Assembly: GCA_944392835.1 (NCBI GenBank)
Contig: CALXYB010000008.1
Location: 4,821 to 68,820, forward strand
From: an uncultured Alphaproteobacteria bacterium
GTDB lineage: Bacteria; Pseudomonadota; Alphaproteobacteria; RF32; CAG-239
Direction of reading: 5' to 3'
Length of the DNA: 64,000 bases
Under the pieces are notes generated by a model. The model had not been told where the DNA came from, searched no databases, and saw only the letters and a list, made by a program, of their open reading frames with translations. This document shows, in pieces, positions 58,907 to 64,000 of the stretch (the stretch's first letter is position 1; every line of letters starts with the position of its first letter). A program made the position numbers and the translations under genes.

Positions 58907-60436
58907 TTGAAAATGATAAAAAATGCAGTTTTATTAAGGCGAGTATCGACCGTTATGCAGGAGCGTGATGGTAATTCACTTCAAAATCAATCAGAAATGC
59001 TAACTCAATACTGTGAACGAAAAGAGATGACTATCATTAAAGACGCAGAAATAGTCGAGAGCAGTACCAGAGGCGAACGTAAAAAATTTATGGAAGTCAT
59101 AAAGTTCTGCCAACAACAACGCGGTGGTGTTGCTTTAGTATGTTTGAAGACTGACAGACTGTTTCGAAACTTCAAGAATTATACATTGATTGATGAAATG
59201 CGAAAAAGCGGACAGCTTGAGCTTCACCTGATTCAAGAAAACTTAGTGTTAAATAAAGATTCCAAAGCCGGTGACTTAACCATACTCGGTTTAAATGTCG
59301 TTATGGCTCAAAACTATGCTCTTAGCTTACGAGATAATGTGGTTTACGGTATGGATTATTCTGTCAATCAAGGACGGTGTATGTCGAAAGCTCCAGCAGG
59401 CTATTTAAATATAAGAACACCGGACGGAAAAGCCGCTGTAATTATTGACAATGAACGAGCTCCAATTATTCAGAAACTTTTTGAAGAATACGCAACAGGG
59501 CTTTATTCGGTTAAGGACATGATGAAAAAATGCAAAGAATGGGGGCTTGTCAGTCGGTTTTCCGGTAAACCGTTTGATACAAGCACAATTCACCGCATAT
59601 TAAATAACAAATTCTACATTGGGGAAATGCTGTATAAAGACCAATGGCACAAGCACAATTACGAAACATTGATTGCACCTGCTTTGTTCAAAACTTGTCA
59701 GGATATTATGCACGGTCGCAAACCAGAAGAACCTAAACATTTCAAAACCACCGAAAAGCCCTTTATCTTTCGAGGACTGATAACTTGTGGAGAATGCGGT
59801 TGTATGGTTAGTAGCTACCGCAAAACGAAACCTAGCGGTAGAGAATATGTTTATCTGAAATGTTCGCATTTCAAGGGAAACTGTAACAATCCGCAAGTTA
59901 ATGAAAACGTTGTTTTACAACAAATTGAAGACGAATTGAAAAACTTGTCCGTACCGCAAGAGATAATGGGCTATCTTAAAGCTGATATGGAGAAAATCAT
60001 AAATCGACAGAATGAAGCCCATAACCGTGAAGTCAAAGCCATTCGCAAGAAATACGATGACTGTCAGGATAAAATTAAACGTCTGCGGTCATTACTGCTT
60101 GAGGGATATATTACACCGGAAGAATACCGTGACATGAATGAAGACCTTAAAAATGAGCAGTACGAACTAGAGGGGAAATCAGAATTGTTGACAGAAGCTG
60201 ATGAAAAGTTTTCAATCGCAGTCGCGACAATACTTTCCTTGGGCAATAATGCGTATAAAATCTTTCAGAGTTCGAAAGTAGAAACAAAAAGAGAGATTTT
60301 GCACATCTTACTTTCGAACTTGAAATTGCAAGACCGTAAAATCTCTTATACCTTTAGAAAACCTTACGATTACATCAAGTCTTTAAATAAAAAAATACCC
60401 TCAAAAACTGAGGGTATCGCAATTGGTGATGCTTAA
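58907..60436 (+). CDS. large serine recombinase
   Basis: N-terminal resolvase domain (RRVSTVMQ), recombinase domain, Cys zinc ribbon (CGECGC...C...C) and coiled-coil. Last five codons lie inside the 22-bp direct repeat. Confidence 0.85.
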   Translation: MKMIKNAVLLRRVSTVMQERDGNSLQNQSEMLTQYCERKEMTIIKDAEIVESSTRGERKKFMEVIKFCQQQRGGVALVCLKTDRLFRNFKNYTLIDEMRKSGQLELHLIQENLVLNKDSKAGDLTILGLNVVMAQNYALSLRDNVVYGMDYSVNQGRCMSKAPAGYLNIRTPDGKAAVIIDNERAPIIQKLFEEYATGLYSVKDMMKKCKEWGLVSRFSGKPFDTSTIHRILNNKFYIGEMLYKDQWHKHNYETLIAPALFKTCQDIMHGRKPEEPKHFKTTEKPFIFRGLITCGECGCMVSSYRKTKPSGREYVYLKCSHFKGNCNNPQVNENVVLQQIEDELKNLSVPQEIMGYLKADMEKIINRQNEAHNREVKAIRKKYDDCQDKIKRLRSLLLEGYITPEEYRDMNEDLKNEQYELEGKSELLTEADEKFSIAVATILSLGNNAYKIFQSSKVETKREILHILLSNLKLQDRKISYTFRKPYDYIKSLNKKIPSKTEGIAIGDA

Positions 60437-60454
60437 CTCACGGTTTCCGAGCTA
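60421..60454 (+). repeat. direct repeat, right copy
   Basis: Identical 22-mer to 47102..47123. Overlaps the large serine recombinase stop codon. Confidence 0.8.
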
Positions 60455-60530
60455 AAAGTAATAAATCAAATAATATATTTGTTGCTAAACAATTTTATTA
60501 ACAATAGTATGATAATAAATTAAATACTGA

Positions 60531-61811
60531 TTGAGGTTGTTTATGTGTAATGAATGTTTAGTTTATCCGGCATTACAAAAATTTTATAATGCTCTGGACA
60601 TCATTGATAAAATTGATTGCAAAAAATATATATTTGAAACAATTCCTCAGCTTGATGCTTTTTTCTCAGAAATGAGAAATATTACATTTGTCTTACAAAA
60701 AAGCTTTAATACTCCTGAACTAAAAATAGATTATGAACAAATTAGAGATAAATTCTTTAACAATAGTACTATGAATTGGTTCAAAAATACTAGAAATGAA
60801 ATATCAAAACAACATCCATTCAAACTGGAAAAGGCCTTAGAAATAGAATATTATCTACCAAATTTTTCTATAAAAGCAACAAACTCTAGGCTAACGATAG
60901 ACAACGATTATAACTTTCTCGATCTATACCAAAGTTTAAAAAACTTTTTAGATACTCATTATTCGAATAGCGTTGAAGTTTTTTTAAGTACAAACATAAC
61001 ATTTTTAGAAAATGGAGAAGAAGTTAATGTTTATTCCATAATTCGAGATGGAATAGATATAATGAATTCCTTTATACAGGAGCTCATCTCTAAATATCCC
61101 TGTAATTGTGTCAAATGTATGAGATTACAAAATTCAATTAAATCTCTCATTGAGAATATAAACATTAAACAATTAACATTTTCCTCAGATTTATATTATG
61201 CCGATAAAGAATTATCTATTGGAAGTGAAATTTATACTTTCTTAGATCCGAAACATTCTCTATTGACTCCTGCAATGCCATTAAAAAACAGCATTTGGGA
61301 TATGAACAACTCACTAAATTGCGACTTGAATTTGTTAAGAGTTTTTTCTTATCACCATATAGTTCTTGCACGAATACAGAGAACCCAATCTTCAGATAGT
61401 GAGCTAATGCCCGTATTTTTAATAATCTATAAAAATAATACATACTCATTTTATGGTCCAATTACTGGTACAAATAAATCCACATTTTACAGAGCTATTA
61501 GCAATATTTGTAAGATTATTACAAATAATCAAGTTAAAGCTGTTTTAATGCTTTCAGAAGCGTACTTCTATAAAGATAAAGATTTAACTAAATTACAAAA
61601 TATGAAATATAAAGATAGAATAAAAGAAGCTTCTGGGGTTAATATATTATTTTCACTGGTTTCAAAACAAATGAAAAAAATATGTAATATAACAATAGAT
61701 TATGAAAATCTGTTTAATGATGAGTACATATATAAAAACATTAAAGACATTGAAATGTGTAATCCTGAAGACCATACAGCATATCCTATTTTTCAAGCCC
61801 TACATTCATAA
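60531..61811 (+). CDS. hypothetical protein (very AT-rich cargo between two large serine recombinase genes)
   Basis: 426-aa ORF. No recognisable domain. N/I/K-rich composition distinct from backbone. Confidence 0.4.
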   Translation: MRLFMCNECLVYPALQKFYNALDIIDKIDCKKYIFETIPQLDAFFSEMRNITFVLQKSFNTPELKIDYEQIRDKFFNNSTMNWFKNTRNEISKQHPFKLEKALEIEYYLPNFSIKATNSRLTIDNDYNFLDLYQSLKNFLDTHYSNSVEVFLSTNITFLENGEEVNVYSIIRDGIDIMNSFIQELISKYPCNCVKCMRLQNSIKSLIENINIKQLTFSSDLYYADKELSIGSEIYTFLDPKHSLLTPAMPLKNSIWDMNNSLNCDLNLLRVFSYHHIVLARIQRTQSSDSELMPVFLIIYKNNTYSFYGPITGTNKSTFYRAISNICKIITNNQVKAVLMLSEAYFYKDKDLTKLQNMKYKDRIKEASGVNILFSLVSKQMKKICNITIDYENLFNDEYIYKNIKDIEMCNPEDHTAYPIFQALHS

Positions 61812-63404
61812 CCTATTCCTCTCGACTTTATACATCTGTACCTTCTCGGCCATGGTTTCATATTCCTTGATGTCGGATTTATCAAAATCAAACCAGGTAC
61901 TGGCATTTTTGAGGTTAACCAGCTTGTCAAAAGGCTTTTGCAGTTCATAAATCAGTTTCTGCCCGTCAAGATAACATTCTGAGAGCATAAGACTTAACAA
62001 TTTATTTTGCTGAGTAGGATTTGCCTTTTTCATAACATCGGAAACAGTTGCCGCAATATCTAAAATTTCATTAACAGTTACTTGAATATCTTTGCTTATA
62101 TCGGCATATTTTTCAGCTGTTCGTTGTAGTTCTTCTCTCTTGGTGGCGATAATGGCTTTTTCTTCCTGCCATTCCTCTCTGGTTATATCGCCCTCAAAAA
62201 ATGAATCCTTAACCCGTCTTTCTTTAGCTTCAAGATTGTTTAGTTCTACGGTAATTTTGCGTTTTACAATGGTATTGGCGTCGGATTCTTCAAGCAATTT
62301 TTTTTGAACACATTTTTTCAGAGGTTCTAAAATATTCTTGCTCAGCCTTATTTTGCTAAAAACTTCATCATCTAATTGTTGTAATAAAAGGTTTTCGCTA
62401 ACCAGCCCTTGATGACAATTCCCTTTTGTATGAGCACAGCGTAAATATGTATAAGTTCTGCCGCTTTTCTTCTTATGTGTTTCAGAACTAATGGTGTTGC
62501 CGCATTCCGCACATTTTACCAACCCGCGAAACACAAACGGAATCTTGGCATATTCTTGCGTTATTGTATGTATTTTACCACCGGAACGGATTTCTTGAAC
62601 TTTGTCATATAATGATTTTGAAATAAGAGGTTCATAAGCGTGTGGCATTTTTTCACCCCGAATAACCATTTCACCATAATAAAACGGATTTTTTAACATT
62701 GCATATATGGTTTCTCGTCCTAATGGTTTATTTGTCTTAGAGTGAGAAGAGCATAAATTCATTTCTTCAGCAAAATTTTGTAAGCTTTTGATAGAGTATA
62801 ATCCGGTAGCATACATCTCAAACATCTTTTTAACCAAAGGTGCACGTTCTGAATCAACAATAATGTCTTTGTTAACATTCAAATAGCCGACAGGAGCCTT
62901 TGTCTGATATTTTCCAATCGACCAGTTGTAATTCATACCTCTGTTAACATTATCACGCAGATTTGCCACATACATTTTACCTGATAAAATACCCATATCC
63001 CAACGCATAATATCAGAAGACGGACTATTTTTAGTGAGAATTAACCCTTCTTTGCAAAAATGCAGATCGGTTTTATCATCCAACAAAATCTCTTCAACTT
63101 CCACACATTCATTAAAACGTCTTTGAAAACGGTCAATACAATGAACAACGATAGCGGTTTTCTTCTTCTGTTTCCTGACAAAATCTAACATTTCATTGAA
63201 TTTTGTGCGGTTGCCGTTAGTAGAACTTTCAATTGCTCTGTATTTTTGAACAATGGGTAAACCTATTTTATTACAATAATCTTCCATTGCTTCTTTTTGA
63301 GCCTTTAGAGAAGCACCTGGTTCTTGTTCCTTAGTAGATACTCGCGCAAATATGACAGCTTGAACGCATGGTGCCGCTTTTGCATATCTGTATTTCTTTG
63401 CCAT
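61806..63404 (-). CDS. large serine recombinase
   Basis: ARVSTKEQ catalytic motif, recombinase domain, zinc ribbon (CAECGN...C...C) and C-terminal coiled-coil. Confidence 0.85.
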   Translation of the reverse strand: MAKKYRYAKAAPCVQAVIFARVSTKEQEPGASLKAQKEAMEDYCNKIGLPIVQKYRAIESSTNGNRTKFNEMLDFVRKQKKKTAIVVHCIDRFQRRFNECVEVEEILLDDKTDLHFCKEGLILTKNSPSSDIMRWDMGILSGKMYVANLRDNVNRGMNYNWSIGKYQTKAPVGYLNVNKDIIVDSERAPLVKKMFEMYATGLYSIKSLQNFAEEMNLCSSHSKTNKPLGRETIYAMLKNPFYYGEMVIRGEKMPHAYEPLISKSLYDKVQEIRSGGKIHTITQEYAKIPFVFRGLVKCAECGNTISSETHKKKSGRTYTYLRCAHTKGNCHQGLVSENLLLQQLDDEVFSKIRLSKNILEPLKKCVQKKLLEESDANTIVKRKITVELNNLEAKERRVKDSFFEGDITREEWQEEKAIIATKREELQRTAEKYADISKDIQVTVNEILDIAATVSDVMKKANPTQQNKLLSLMLSECYLDGQKLIYELQKPFDKLVNLKNASTWFDFDKSDIKEYETMAEKVQMYKVERNRL

Positions 63405-63504
63405 TTTTAACTACTCCATTGATTTAACACAATATTATTATGTCGCGTTAATTTGGGAATGTACGCAAAAAAATGCACTTTTAGGCAACTTTTTTACTAA
63501 TATT

Positions 63505-63993
63505 TTACTGATTTTTCAGAAGGTTAGCTTTTATGTTTTCTTGCATCTGAGATATATAAATCTTATCTGCTATATATTGTAATTTATCCTTAGGTATATC
63601 TTGGATATTATGGTATTGATAAGCTAAGATTACCATATTAAGTCTGGCGATTTCAGAAGTTGGTGTTTGAGAGTTATATATCAAATGTTCTCTACAAAAA
63701 TGCAAACTAACTTTTCTTGTTTTAACCAAATTACCAAACAATTCTAACATTTTTGTATCTGGCAGTAAGTCATTAACACTATAAGCTACTATATTTATAT
63801 GTTTGTTTGGGAGGGCCTTAACATCTTCATATAGATTTTTGATATAACGGGTATCTTTACGTTTTGCACAAATAGAATATTCTTTAATTATAGATAGCTT
63901 ATGGTTACTACAATAGTTTACTAAGTTATCAATTTTAGTATCAAGATTAGAATGTTGGGATGCTACTCTTGCATAAATAATTGCTTGAGTCAT
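63505..63993 (-). CDS. serine-recombinase N-terminal-domain protein (short, possibly degenerate)
   Basis: IYARVASQHS resembles the resolvase catalytic motif with Ser displaced. Only 162 aa. Confidence 0.45.
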   Translation of the reverse strand: MTQAIIYARVASQHSNLDTKIDNLVNYCSNHKLSIIKEYSICAKRKDTRYIKNLYEDVKALPNKHINIVAYSVNDLLPDTKMLELFGNLVKTRKVSLHFCREHLIYNSQTPTSEIARLNMVILAYQYHNIQDIPKDKLQYIADKIYISQMQENIKANLLKNQ

Positions 63994-64000
63994 TTTATAT

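Larger units (their letters stand above)
47102..60454. mobile_element. candidate about 13.3-kb integrative element bounded by direct repeats. Carries catP, an autotransporter, a resolvase, Rep and a large serine recombinase
   Basis: Direct repeats at both ends. Right repeat overlaps the large serine recombinase stop codon. Cargo includes an antibiotic-resistance gene. Confidence 0.5.

Noticed and set aside
33161-60454. Interpretation of the hairpin+core repeats as integron attC sites
   Set aside because: No IntI tyrosine integrase is present. Cores do not match GTTRRRY/RYYYAAC. Only serine recombinases are present, so an SCC-like mechanism fits better.
1-64000. CRISPR arrays and rRNA/tRNA genes
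   Set aside because: No regularly spaced direct repeats with unique spacers were seen. No rRNA-like conserved blocks or complete tRNA cloverleaf candidates were seen.

Overview
The 64-kb window divides into two compositionally distinct halves.

Bases 1-33,100 (about 40% GC by eye) are a conserved proteobacterial backbone:
- Genes include prmC/hemK, an RpoH-type sigma-32, asnS and a glycine-zipper outer-membrane lipoprotein.
- They also include an alpha-amylase, an iron-containing alcohol dehydrogenase, Hsp20, formate-THF ligase (fhs), a VanX-like dipeptidase and several hydrolases and acetyltransferases.
- A DUF4167-like protein and the RpoH box suggest an alphaproteobacterial, possibly host-associated, lineage.
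- Embedded in this backbone is a previously unlisted 53-aa Cys-rich metallothionein-like gene directly upstream of a CsoR-family metal sensor.
- Also present are a large secreted protein of tandem Cys-rich repeats, a membrane-anchored GH24 lysozyme plus a phage Gp37/Gp68 remnant, and two pairs of duplicated promoter blocks.

Bases 33,100-64,000 are markedly AT-richer and form a mosaic accessory island:
- It carries a catP-type chloramphenicol acetyltransferase, an autotransporter, a small resolvase, an HUH Rep-like protein, two large serine recombinases and a degenerate third.
- It is partitioned by at least five copies of a terminator-hairpin + TTGGTGAT core, including a perfect 22-bp direct repeat at 47.10 and 60.42 kb that overlaps a recombinase stop codon. 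This suggests an SCC-like, serine-recombinase-driven tandem cassette array.
- Inside the island is a tight, unexplained gene cluster at 36.1-42.1 kb:
  - a radical-SAM/SPASM maturase;
  - an operon of a P-loop kinase, a HIT nucleotide hydrolase/transferase and a truncated AlaRS catalytic-domain paralog;
  - a MccF-like LD-carboxypeptidase;
  - a protein with only the MetK N-terminal domain.
  I interpret this as a candidate aminoacyl-nucleotide (Trojan-horse-type) biosynthesis or immunity module, or a novel conflict system.
- Other items of note are a bacterial serum-amyloid-A-domain protein that shares a 13-aa N-terminus and leader architecture with a GH108-like protein 25 kb away, a coiled-coil/Hsp70-like/unknown operon, and a GC-rich 150-bp insert flanked by repeat cores.

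No rRNA genes, complete tRNA genes or CRISPR arrays were seen.
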